From NCBI GenBank assembly GCA_947575275.1, contig CANPMS010000007.1, positions 12 through 64,011 on the forward strand: a stretch of DNA of 64,000 bases, read 5' to 3'. The DNA comes from an uncultured Clostridium sp. GTDB taxonomy: Bacteria > Bacillota > Clostridia > Lachnospirales > Lachnospiraceae. The first letter of the stretch is position 1; every line of letters starts with the position of its first letter. The notes under the pieces were generated by a model. The model was not told where the DNA came from, ran no database searches, and saw only the letters and a list, made by a program, of their open reading frames with translations. Below, piece after piece: positions 46,504-55,311 of the stretch. The position numbers were made by a program, and so were the translations under genes.

Positions 46504-47365
46504 AATCTGTGATCCTTTCTACTATTTTTCCAATGAGCTGGCCGGAAGTTACAGGAGAAAACCGCCCTGGAAGGCCTGGAAGCCGGAAATAGGGCAGCAG
46601 GTTTTTTTCTGTAAGGTCTTCCGAAAAACCAAAGGGAGCGGATGCAATATCAAAGATATGGCAGGAGCCGGGAAGCTCCTGCAGCTGGTCAGGCTCCAGA
46701 ATATGCGCTGGAATCGTATTGACAACCAGATTGCAGCGGGGCAGGAGCGTGGAAAAATCCTCTTCCCGGATGGGGCAGATTCCTTTTTTCTCTGCCGCTT
46801 CCTGTTTTTCTAGGTCTTGCTCCAGTACATAAACGCCACGGCACAAAGGATGCAGAAGGGAGCTGACGGCAGAGCCGCAATAGCCATATCCCAGCAGCAA
46901 AACCCTTGCAGAGGACAGAGAAAAGGGGGTGCAGCGGATGATTTCTCCTAAGAGCCCCTCAGCAGTGAGCAACGCATTTTCCATGGAAAAAATGGCGAGC
47001 TGGGAAAACAGGGATGTCTGGCATCCTTTTTCTTTCAGAAGCCGTGCAATATCCTGGGAAAGGCTGTGAGCCGCGAAAATCTGTCCGGAGTTTACGGAGT
47101 CCCACAATTCAGAGAGCAGGCAGGGAGGTTTATTGCCGTCTGCCTGGAACAGATGGACGCCGTCTTTGGAAAGAGGCGTGGGAGCCAGTATCACATCTGC
47201 CTGGGTTAGGGCCTCAGACAGGGAATTCTCCTGGATAATATCAGAACTGTAAGGAAAGTCCGGTGTGAGGAAGCAGGTTACCTGCCAGCCGCAGGCATGG
47301 AGATATTCTGCCGCATAACATTGCCGCAGGTCGCCGCCCAGGATTGCAATGGATGATATTGCCAT
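46493..47365 (-). CDS. dpaA: Dipicolinate synthase subunit A (SpoVFA)
   Basis: 290 aa. N-terminal ILGGDLRQ, Rossmann LLGYGYCG. 11-nt overlap with dpaB. Confidence 0.85.
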   Translation of the reverse strand: MAISSIAILGGDLRQCYAAEYLHACGWQVTCFLTPDFPYSSDIIQENSLSEALTQADVILAPTPLSKDGVHLFQADGNKPPCLLSELWDSVNSGQIFAAHSLSQDIARLLKEKGCQTSLFSQLAIFSMENALLTAEGLLGEIIRCTPFSLSSARVLLLGYGYCGSAVSSLLHPLCRGVYVLEQDLEKQEAAEKKGICPIREEDFSTLLPRCNLVVNTIPAHILEPDQLQELPGSCHIFDIASAPFGFSEDLTEKNLLPYFRLPGLPGRFSPVTSGQLIGKIVERITDYVL

Positions 47366-47394
47366 ATGCTTTCTCCGATTTGTGTTATCCCTAC

Positions 47395-47423
47395 AATATA
47401 TGAGAAAAAAGAGAAAAAGGTGT
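47395..47423 (-). promoter_or_regulatory. Possible sigma-K-type promoter for dpaAB
   Basis: On the minus strand, AC (47421-47420), 17-nt spacer, CATATATT (47402-47395), about 30 nt upstream of the dpaA ATG. Matches the loose AC-17-CATAnnnT consensus only. Confidence 0.3.
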
Positions 47424-47457
47424 ATAATGGAACCAATGGAAGAAATGGAGTGATTTT

Positions 47458-48192
47458 ATGGAAAAGAATATGATACATGTGGTTGGGATGGGGCCGGGAA
47501 GCCCGGAGCAGATGACGGCGGAGGCAAGGGAGGTTTTGGAAGCCTGTGATACTATCGTGGGTTATACAGTGTATGTTGACCTTCTCACCTCTCTTTTGCC
47601 CCATAAGGAATTTCTTGAGACGCCCATGCGGCGGGAGGTGGAGCGCTGCCGTATTGCTTTTGAGGAGGCGTCAAAGGGGAAGCGGGTGGCAATGGTCTGC
47701 AGCGGAGATGCAGGAGTGTACGGGATGTCGGGTCTGATGCTGGAGCTGGCGCCGGAGTATCCTGGATGTGAAGTCCAAATAACAGCAGGTGTGACGGCGG
47801 CGCTGTCAGGCGGCGCTGTTTTAGGCGCTCCGCTGATGCACGATTTTGCAGTGATTAGCCTGAGTGATTTGCTGACACCCTGGGAAAAGATTGAGAGCCG
47901 GTTGAGCTGCGCAGCGGAAGCTGATTTTGTCATCTGCATCTATAACCCGTCCAGCAAAAAGCGGGCAGATTATCTAAAACGTGCCTGTGAGATTATCGCC
48001 GGGAAGACCGGAGGCAGCCGGGTTTGCGGTATTGTCAGCAGAATTGGACGGGATGGGCAGCAGGCCAGGGTGATGCCTCTTGAGGAATTGAAAGAGCAGC
48101 AGGTGGATATGTTCACCACCGTGTTTATCGGTAATTCTCAGACGCGGAATATTGGAGGAAGAATGGTGACGCCCCGGGGGTATGTGATCTGA
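47458..48192 (+). CDS. cbiH: Cobalt-precorrin-3B C17-methyltransferase (CbiH/CobJ)
   Basis: 244 aa. IHVVGMGPGSPEQMT...IVGYTVYVDLL typical of CbiH. Confidence 0.85.
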   Translation: MEKNMIHVVGMGPGSPEQMTAEAREVLEACDTIVGYTVYVDLLTSLLPHKEFLETPMRREVERCRIAFEEASKGKRVAMVCSGDAGVYGMSGLMLELAPEYPGCEVQITAGVTAALSGGAVLGAPLMHDFAVISLSDLLTPWEKIESRLSCAAEADFVICIYNPSSKKRADYLKRACEIIAGKTGGSRVCGIVSRIGRDGQQARVMPLEELKEQQVDMFTTVFIGNSQTRNIGGRMVTPRGYVI

Positions 48193-48229
48193 TTTTGCCG
48201 CAGGTTGTGGAGAACAGGAGTGAAACAGT

Positions 48230-49309
48230 ATGGAAGGGTACTATCAGAGGCAGCTTACCTGTCTGTTAAAGAGCATCAGACCACTGGACACGGAGAGCGT
48301 GGAGTCAGCCAGATGCCGCTGGGACGGGATTGCAAAGCCTTTAAACGGAATGGGACGGTTTGAGGAGATGATCTCAAAAATCGCCGGAATCCAGGGGACA
48401 GAGGATATATCCCTGGGGCGAAAAGCAGTGGTGGTATTCTGTGCGGATAATGGAGTGGTGGAAGAGGGTGTCACCCAGACTGACAGCAGCGTGACAGCAG
48501 TGGTAACAGAAAATTTTGCAAAGGGCATTGCCAGTGTTAACCGAATGGCATGCCTGGCTGGAGTCGATGTGCTTCCGGTAGATATGGGCGTTGCGGGCAA
48601 TGTATGTGAGCCAGGTGTGCGAAACTGCAAAATCGCTCCCGGGACAAAGAACATGCGCCGGGAACCGGCCATGAGCCTGGAACAGGCGCTGGAGGCGATT
48701 CATGTGGGGGTTTCCATTGCCGGAGAGTTGAAGAATACAGGCTATCATATTCTGGCGGTAGGTGAGATGGGAATCGGAAACACTACCACTTCCAGCGCTC
48801 TGGCGAGCATTCTGCTGGATCAGCCGGTGGATGCGGTGACCGGACGGGGAGCCGGGCTCTCCGGGGAAGGTCTGCAAAGGAAGATTCAGGTGATTAGGGA
48901 AGCTCTCGCACTTCATAAGCCCAGGGCCGATCGGCCTCTGGAGCTTTTGTCAGCAGTGGGAGGTTTTGATATAGCAGGTATGTGCGGACTGATGCTGGGA
49001 GGCGCCGTTTACCGGATTCCGGTGGTGCTGGACGGTATGATTTCTATGGCTGCGGCCCTTTTAGCGAAAGCATTTTGCCCGCTGGTGACGGATTACCTGA
49101 TTGCCTCCCACATTGGGAAAGAGCCGGCATGTGTGCCGGCTCTTGAAAAGCTGGGATTGGAGGCAGTGATCTGCGGAAACCTGGCATTGGGGGAAGGAAC
49201 CGGAGCGGTCATGTTGTTTCCTCTGCTGGATATGGCGGGAGCGGTTTACCGTGAGAACAGCACCTTTGCGGAAATTGAGATTGATGCGTATGAGAAGTTC
49301 AGAGATTGA
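48230..49309 (+). CDS. cobT: Nicotinate-nucleotide--dimethylbenzimidazole phosphoribosyltransferase
   Basis: 359 aa. GEMGIGNTTTSSAL signature. Confidence 0.9.
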   Translation: MEGYYQRQLTCLLKSIRPLDTESVESARCRWDGIAKPLNGMGRFEEMISKIAGIQGTEDISLGRKAVVVFCADNGVVEEGVTQTDSSVTAVVTENFAKGIASVNRMACLAGVDVLPVDMGVAGNVCEPGVRNCKIAPGTKNMRREPAMSLEQALEAIHVGVSIAGELKNTGYHILAVGEMGIGNTTTSSALASILLDQPVDAVTGRGAGLSGEGLQRKIQVIREALALHKPRADRPLELLSAVGGFDIAGMCGLMLGGAVYRIPVVLDGMISMAAALLAKAFCPLVTDYLIASHIGKEPACVPALEKLGLEAVICGNLALGEGTGAVMLFPLLDMAGAVYRENSTFAEIEIDAYEKFRD

Positions 49310-49320
49310 GAGGAGCATAT

Positions 49321-50076
49321 ATGATATATTTTATCGGTGCAGGTTCGGGAGATCCAGAATTGATTACAGTTAAGGGGAAACGGCTGATTGATGAGGCGGA
49401 CGTAATTATCTATGCAGGCTCTCTGGTAAATCCTCAGGTGCTTTGTGATGCAAAGGAGACTGCGGAGATTTTTAACAGCGCTTCTATGACGCTTCCTGAG
49501 GTGATTGAGGTAATGAGAACCGGTGTGGAGGCAGGGAAGAAGGTAGTCCGTGTCCACACGGGTGATCCTTCTATTTATGGGGCGCACCGTGAGCAGATGG
49601 AGGAGCTGGACAAGCTGGGGATTGAGTATCAGGTGATACCGGGGGTCAGCTCCTTTCTGGCAGCTGCCGCCAGCTTAAAGAAGGAATATACCCTGCCGGG
49701 GGTCAGCCAGACGGTGATTCTGACCCGAATGGAAGGGAGAACGCCGGTGCCTGAACCGGAACATATTGAGCGTCTTGCAGCCCATCGCTCCAGCATGGTG
49801 GTTTTTTTAAGTGTGGGTGAAATTGACACGCTTTCGGAAAAGCTCCGTATGGGCGGTTATCCTGCGGATACGCCTGCGGCGGTGGTATATAAGGCGTCCT
49901 GGGAGGAAGAAAAAATCGTCACAGGGACGCTTTTGGATATTGCGGACAAGGTTAAAGCGGCTGCAATCCGTAAAACAGCGCTGGTGCTGGTGGGTGGTTT
50001 TCTGGGGGATAAATTTGAGCGTTCCAGGCTCTATGATGAACATTTCAGCCATGAGTTCCGAAAGGGGAAGGAGTAG
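49321..50076 (+). CDS. cbiF: Cobalt-precorrin-4 C11-methyltransferase (CbiF/CobM)
   Basis: 251 aa from ATG 49321 after GAGGAG. IYFIGAGSGDPELITVKG...IIYAGSLV. Confidence 0.9.
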   Translation: MIYFIGAGSGDPELITVKGKRLIDEADVIIYAGSLVNPQVLCDAKETAEIFNSASMTLPEVIEVMRTGVEAGKKVVRVHTGDPSIYGAHREQMEELDKLGIEYQVIPGVSSFLAAAASLKKEYTLPGVSQTVILTRMEGRTPVPEPEHIERLAAHRSSMVVFLSVGEIDTLSEKLRMGGYPADTPAAVVYKASWEEEKIVTGTLLDIADKVKAAAIRKTALVLVGGFLGDKFERSRLYDEHFSHEFRKGKE

Positions 50077-50080
50077 GGCG

Positions 50081-51604
50081 ATGGCGAAGAAAATCATGGT
50101 GCAGGGTACCATGTCCAATTCGGGAAAGAGCTTTCTGGCAGCGGCGCTGTGCAGAATTTTCCGCCAGGATGGATACCGCGTTGCGCCATTTAAATCTCAG
50201 AATATGGCCCTAAATTCCTATATTACAAAAGAGGGGCTGGAGATTGGCCGCGCCCAGGCGGTGCAGGCGGAGGCGGCGGGTATTGACCCCACAGCGGATA
50301 TGAACCCTATTCTTTTAAAGCCCACCAGCCAGATGGGAAGCCAGGTGATCGTAAACGGGGAAGTCTGCGGAAACATGGACGCTGTGGAGTATTACCGGCG
50401 CAAGCCGGAGTTTGCGCCGGTGGTTAAAGCAGCCTTTCAGCGGTTGGAGGCACTGTATGACATCATCGTTTTGGAGGGGGCGGGAAGCCCGGCAGAGATT
50501 AACCTGCGGGATCATGATATTGTGAATATGGGGATGGCTGCGATGGCGGACGCTCCGGTGATTTTGGTGGGTGACATTGACCGGGGCGGCGTTTTTGCCT
50601 CTCTCTATGGGACGGTGGCTCTTTTAAGACCGGAGGAGCAGGAGCGTATCCAGGGACTTGTTATCAATAAATTCCGTGGTGATGTGAAAATCCTGAATCC
50701 GGGGCTGGAGATGATTGAGAAGCGGCTTCACATTCCGGTTCTGGGGGTTATTCCTATGGAGCAGATTGATTTGGACGATGAGGACAGTCTGTCAGAGCGG
50801 CTGAGCTGTCGGGGGGAGATGAGCAGGACGGATGGAGTGCTGGATATTGTGGTGATTCGTCTGCCCCACATCTCTAATTTTACGGATTTTAATATTCTGG
50901 AACGTCAGCAGGGCGTGGCGCTTCGGTACACAGACCGGGTGGAACATTTGGGTCACCCAGACTTTTTGATTCTTCCCGGGACAAAAAATACCATGGATGA
51001 TCTTCTCTGGCTGCGCAGCTCAGGTTTGGAGGCGCGTATCCTGCTTCTTGTGGAGGAAGAGCGCGTGCCGGTTATGGGAGTCTGCGGCGGCTATCAGATG
51101 CTGGGTGAGCGTTTGTCTGACCCGGAGGGCGTGGAAGGACAGGCAGGACGCAGTCTGCGCGGTATCGGGCTTTTGCCGGTGAAGACGGTATTTGCGTCAG
51201 AAAAAACCCGGACGCAGATTTGCGGAACAGTCTGTGAGGGCAGTGGAATTCTGACGGGCTGCGCCGGCCTTTCGGTAAATGGGTATGAAATCCATATGGG
51301 CATAACGGAAAGTTTGGTGGGAAATGGGGATTTTTTTATCCGTCTTGAGGACGGGCGCGGAGATGGTCTTCTGCGTGAGGACGGTCTGGTGTTTGGAAGC
51401 TATCTGCATGGATTGTTTGACAATGAGTTGTTTACAAAAAAAATTCTTAAAAATCTTTGGGAGAGGAAAGGACTGTTTCCCGATATGGCAAAAGAGAGCG
51501 TGGAATCTGCAGGGGCATACAGGGAGCGCCAGTACGAAAAGCTGGCAGCGCTGGTGCGTGGGTCATTGGATATACAGACAATCTACCGGATTATGGGATT
51601 TTAA
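50081..51604 (+). CDS. cobQ: Cobyric acid synthase (CobQ/CbiP)
   Basis: 507 aa from ATG 50081. IMVQGTMSNSGKS start, C-terminal GATase domain with GVCGGYQMLG. The track ORF start 49811 overlaps cbiF. Confidence 0.9.
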   Translation: MAKKIMVQGTMSNSGKSFLAAALCRIFRQDGYRVAPFKSQNMALNSYITKEGLEIGRAQAVQAEAAGIDPTADMNPILLKPTSQMGSQVIVNGEVCGNMDAVEYYRRKPEFAPVVKAAFQRLEALYDIIVLEGAGSPAEINLRDHDIVNMGMAAMADAPVILVGDIDRGGVFASLYGTVALLRPEEQERIQGLVINKFRGDVKILNPGLEMIEKRLHIPVLGVIPMEQIDLDDEDSLSERLSCRGEMSRTDGVLDIVVIRLPHISNFTDFNILERQQGVALRYTDRVEHLGHPDFLILPGTKNTMDDLLWLRSSGLEARILLLVEEERVPVMGVCGGYQMLGERLSDPEGVEGQAGRSLRGIGLLPVKTVFASEKTRTQICGTVCEGSGILTGCAGLSVNGYEIHMGITESLVGNGDFFIRLEDGRGDGLLREDGLVFGSYLHGLFDNELFTKKILKNLWERKGLFPDMAKESVESAGAYRERQYEKLAALVRGSLDIQTIYRIMGF

Positions 51605-51619
51605 GGGAGGAGATACGTG

Positions 51620-52255
51620 ATGGAACGAAGAAATTGGATAAAGCCGGAGGAGATTGAGGCGCGGAGCATGGAAATCATTGAGAGCGAAATGCCGGAGGGT
51701 GACTGGACGGATGGCGAGCGGGCTGTGGTGAAAAGGTGTATCCACACATCTGCGGATTTTGAGTATGCACAAAATCTTTGGTTCTCCCCGGGAGCGGTAG
51801 AGCAGGCGCTGGCAGTTCTTGGAAGCGGACAGGGATTTACCATTGTGACTGATACGAATATGGCGGCGGCGGGGGTTAATAAGGCAGCGCTTGCAAAGCT
51901 TGGAGGAACGGTTCGCTGTTTTATGGCGGAGGAGGATGTGGCCCGTGAGGCGAAGGAGCGCGGGGTGACCCGGGCAACGGTCAGCATGGAGCATGCGGCA
52001 CGTCTTTCCGGCCCGGTGATTTTTGCGATTGGGAATGCCCCCACGGCTCTGATTCGCCTTCACCAGATGATGAGTGAGGGAACCCTTTGTCCTGCTTTTG
52101 TCATTGGGGCTCCGGTAGGCTTTGTCAATGTGGTGGAGTCAAAGGAGCTATTCTGTACCGGCGCTGTTCCGTGTATTATTGCCAGAGGCAGAAAAGGCGG
52201 CAGCAATATTGCCGCAGCCATCTGCAATGCGCTGATGTACCGCCTTACCAGATAA
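51620..52255 (+). CDS. cbiC: Cobalt-precorrin-8 methylmutase (CbiC/CobH)
   Basis: 211 aa. RCIHTSADFEY and FAIGNAPTAL signatures. Confidence 0.9.
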   Translation: MERRNWIKPEEIEARSMEIIESEMPEGDWTDGERAVVKRCIHTSADFEYAQNLWFSPGAVEQALAVLGSGQGFTIVTDTNMAAAGVNKAALAKLGGTVRCFMAEEDVAREAKERGVTRATVSMEHAARLSGPVIFAIGNAPTALIRLHQMMSEGTLCPAFVIGAPVGFVNVVESKELFCTGAVPCIIARGRKGGSNIAAAICNALMYRLTR

Positions 52256-52280
52256 GAATCTGAGGAAATCCACAAGGTGC

Positions 52281-52309
52281 TTGCATTTTCCGACAAAAAT
52301 AATTATAAT
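52281..52309 (+). promoter_or_regulatory. Sigma-A type promoter upstream of relA
   Basis: TTGCAT (52281-52286), 17-nt spacer, TATAAT (52304-52309). Confidence 0.55.
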
Positions 52310-52343
52310 AATTTTAATTATTCTGAAGAAGGTGGCTTTTTTC

Positions 52344-54623
52344 ATGGCAGATGAACAGGCAGATAGGAGCAGGGAGACTGAACCGGAGAATCCGGTTTGT
52401 TTTACCAGCCCTGAGGAGCTTTATCAGGATTTAATCCGAAGAATTCGGAAGTATCATCCCTCCGATGATATTTCCATGATTGAAAAAGCATATAGAATTG
52501 CCAGGGAGGTTCATAAGGACCAGCGGCGCAAATCGGGTGAACCATATATCATTCACCCTCTTTGTGTTGCAATTATTCTTGCGGATCTGGAACTTGACAA
52601 GGAGACAATCGCCGCAGGTATTCTCCATGACGTGGTGGAGGATACCATCATGACCCTGGAAGAGGTGGGGCAGGAGTTTGGCTCTGAGGTGGCTCTTTTA
52701 GTGGATGGTGTAACAAAGCTGACCCAGCTGTCCTGGTCCATGGACAAGGTGGAAATTCAGGCGGAGAATCTGCGCAAGATGTTTCTGGCTATGGCAAAGG
52801 ATATTCGGGTAATCCTGATTAAGCTGGCAGACCGTCTTCATAATATGAGGACGCTCCAGTATATGACCCCGGAAAAGCAGAAGGATAAGGCGCGGGAGAC
52901 GATGGACATTTACGCTCCCATTGCCCATCGTCTGGGTATTTCCAAAATCAAAGTGGAGCTGGATGATTTATCGCTGAAGTACCTGGAGCCTGATGTGTAT
53001 TATGAGCTGGCCGAGAAGATTTCCCTGAGGAAGGACGCCAGGGAGGCGTTCGTGAGAAATATTGTGGATGAGGTGTCTGCCCATATGAATGAGGCGGGCA
53101 TTGATGCTAAGGTGGACGGCAGGGTAAAGCACTTTTTCAGTATCTACAAAAAGATGGTGAACCAGGATAAAACCCTGGATCAGATATATGATTTATTTGC
53201 AGTTCGTATTATTGTGCGGACGGTGAAGGACTGCTATGCGGCTCTGGGAGTAATTCATGAACTGTACAAACCGATTCCGGGGCGCTTTAAGGATTACATC
53301 GCCATGCCGAAGCCAAATATGTACCAGTCTCTCCACACAACGCTGATTGGAGGCAACGGTCAGCCTTTTGAAATTCAAATTCGCACTTATGAGATGCACC
53401 GTACTGCTGAGTATGGTATTGCAGCTCATTGGAAGTACAAAGAGAGTGGAAGCGGCAAAATCGCGGCAGGGGATGAGGAGGCGAAGCTCTCCTGGCTGCG
53501 CCAGATTTTGGAGTGGCAGAAGGACGCAGATGATTCAAAAGAGTTTTTAAATATGGTGAAGGGCGATTTGGATTTGTTTGCGGACAGCGTATACTGTTTT
53601 ACACCGAAGGGCGATGTCAAGACGCTGCCAAGCGGTTCTACCCCTATCGATTTCGCCTATTTGATTCACAGCGCGGTGGGGAACAAGATGGTGGGTGCAC
53701 GGGTCAACGGAAAGCTGGTACCTATTGAATATGTAATCCAGAACGGTGACAGGATAGAGATTATCACCTCCCAAAACTCCAAGGGTCCCAGCCGTGACTG
53801 GCTTGCCCTGGTTAAAAGCACCCAGGCGAAGAATAAGATTAATCAGTGGTTCAAAACAGAATTGAAAGAGGATAATATTCTGAGGGGCAAGGAGCTGATT
53901 GAGCGGTATTGTAAGGCAAAGGGCATCAATTTCCCGGATATTAACAAGCCCGAGTTTCAGGAGAAGGTTATGGTGCGGTATGCGTTCCATGACTGGGAAT
54001 CGGTGCTCGCCTCCATCGGGCATGGTGGTCTGAAGGAAGGCCAGGTCATTAACAAGATGTTGGATGAGCATGCCAAGAAGGAGCGGAAGGAAATTACCGA
54101 TAAGCATATCCTGGAAGGCATCAGTGATATGAGCAATAAGGTGTCGGTATCGAAAAAGTCCGGCAGCGGTATCGTGGTCAAGGGAATCCATGATGTGGCG
54201 GTTCGGTTCTCCCGGTGCTGCAGCCCGGTTCCGGGTGATGAGATTGTAGGCTTTGTTACCCGCGGGCGTGGTGTTTCCATTCACCGTACCGATTGTATCA
54301 ATATGATTAATCTGCCGGAGGATGAGCGGGTGCGTCTGATTGATGCTGAGTGGCAGAAGCCGGAGACGAGCGACAGTCAGGAGCGTTATTCCACTGAGAT
54401 TCAGATTTATGCCAATAACCGGATTGGTATGTTCGTGGACATCTCCAAGGTATTTACAGAGCGTCAGATTGATATTACATCTATGAATATCCGTACCAGC
54501 AAGCAGGGTAAGGCGACCATCATAATGACATTTGATATTCACGGCATTGAGGAGCTGAATCGGCTGACGGATAAATTAAGGCAGATAGAAGGTGTGTTGG
54601 ATATTGAGAGAACTGCGGGATAA
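52344..54623 (+). CDS. relA: Bifunctional (p)ppGpp synthetase/hydrolase (RelA/SpoT homologue)
   Basis: 759 aa from ATG 52344. HD domain (HPLCVAIIL...HDVVED), synthetase motif RFKDYIAMPKPNMYQSLHTT, TGS and C-terminal ACT region. Confidence 0.95.
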   Translation: MADEQADRSRETEPENPVCFTSPEELYQDLIRRIRKYHPSDDISMIEKAYRIAREVHKDQRRKSGEPYIIHPLCVAIILADLELDKETIAAGILHDVVEDTIMTLEEVGQEFGSEVALLVDGVTKLTQLSWSMDKVEIQAENLRKMFLAMAKDIRVILIKLADRLHNMRTLQYMTPEKQKDKARETMDIYAPIAHRLGISKIKVELDDLSLKYLEPDVYYELAEKISLRKDAREAFVRNIVDEVSAHMNEAGIDAKVDGRVKHFFSIYKKMVNQDKTLDQIYDLFAVRIIVRTVKDCYAALGVIHELYKPIPGRFKDYIAMPKPNMYQSLHTTLIGGNGQPFEIQIRTYEMHRTAEYGIAAHWKYKESGSGKIAAGDEEAKLSWLRQILEWQKDADDSKEFLNMVKGDLDLFADSVYCFTPKGDVKTLPSGSTPIDFAYLIHSAVGNKMVGARVNGKLVPIEYVIQNGDRIEIITSQNSKGPSRDWLALVKSTQAKNKINQWFKTELKEDNILRGKELIERYCKAKGINFPDINKPEFQEKVMVRYAFHDWESVLASIGHGGLKEGQVINKMLDEHAKKERKEITDKHILEGISDMSNKVSVSKKSGSGIVVKGIHDVAVRFSRCCSPVPGDEIVGFVTRGRGVSIHRTDCINMINLPEDERVRLIDAEWQKPETSDSQERYSTEIQIYANNRIGMFVDISKVFTERQIDITSMNIRTSKQGKATIIMTFDIHGIEELNRLTDKLRQIEGVLDIERTAG

Positions 54624-54657
54624 CTATACGCAGTTCTTGTTCTTGAAAGGAGATTTT

Positions 54658-55311
54658 ATGAGTGATTTTCGGATTAAAACATGTGTAGTCGGTCAAGTTG
54701 AGACGAACTGTTATATTATTTACCGTGAGGGGAAAAAGGAAGCGGTGATTGTGGATCCTGCGGACAACGGTGCGTACATTTTAAATAAGTGCCGTGAGCT
54801 TTCGGTGGAGCCGTCGGCAATCCTGCTGACCCACGGTCACTTTGACCATATTTTGGCGGTGGCAGACATCAGACGCGCATTCCGCTGTAAGGCGTATGCC
54901 CATATGGACGAGGAGGGGCTGCTGCTTGAGCCGTCCATGAATCTGTCCGGAAGCATGGGGACAGAGCAGATAAGCGTACAACCGGATTGCCTTTTACAAG
55001 ATAATGAAGTGTTGAAGCTTTTGGACTGTGACTGGAAGGTGCTGGCCACACCGGGGCATACGGCAGGTTCGGTCTGCTACTATATTGAGGCGGAACATGT
55101 TCTGATTTCCGGCGATACGCTGTTTGCGGAGTCTTTAGGGCGGACAGATTTGCCTACGGGAAACCCTGCGGCCATTGTACACTCGATTACGGAGAAGCTT
55201 TTTGTGCTGCCGGATGATACGATGGTTTATCCGGGACATGGGGATCCCACAACAATCGGTTACGAGAAGCAGTATAATCCGGTGCTGGTGTACATGCGGA
55301 GGCACCGTTGA
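54658..55311 (+). CDS. MBL-fold metallo-hydrolase (glyoxalase II-like)
   Basis: 217 aa. THGHFDH zinc motif, GHTAGS, PGHG. Confidence 0.85.
   Translation: MSDFRIKTCVVGQVETNCYIIYREGKKEAVIVDPADNGAYILNKCRELSVEPSAILLTHGHFDHILAVADIRRAFRCKAYAHMDEEGLLLEPSMNLSGSMGTEQISVQPDCLLQDNEVLKLLDCDWKVLATPGHTAGSVCYYIEAEHVLISGDTLFAESLGRTDLPTGNPAAIVHSITEKLFVLPDDTMVYPGHGDPTTIGYEKQYNPVLVYMRRHR

Noticed and set aside
49811-50080. N-terminal extension of the cobQ ORF overlapping cbiF
   Set aside because: CobQ homology starts at MAKKIMVQGT (ATG 50081), just after the cbiF stop. The extension is out-of-frame overlap with cbiF.
53547-54542. 331-aa minus-strand ORF opposite relA
   Set aside because: Shadow ORF opposite the TGS/ACT region of RelA. 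No signals and no motifs.
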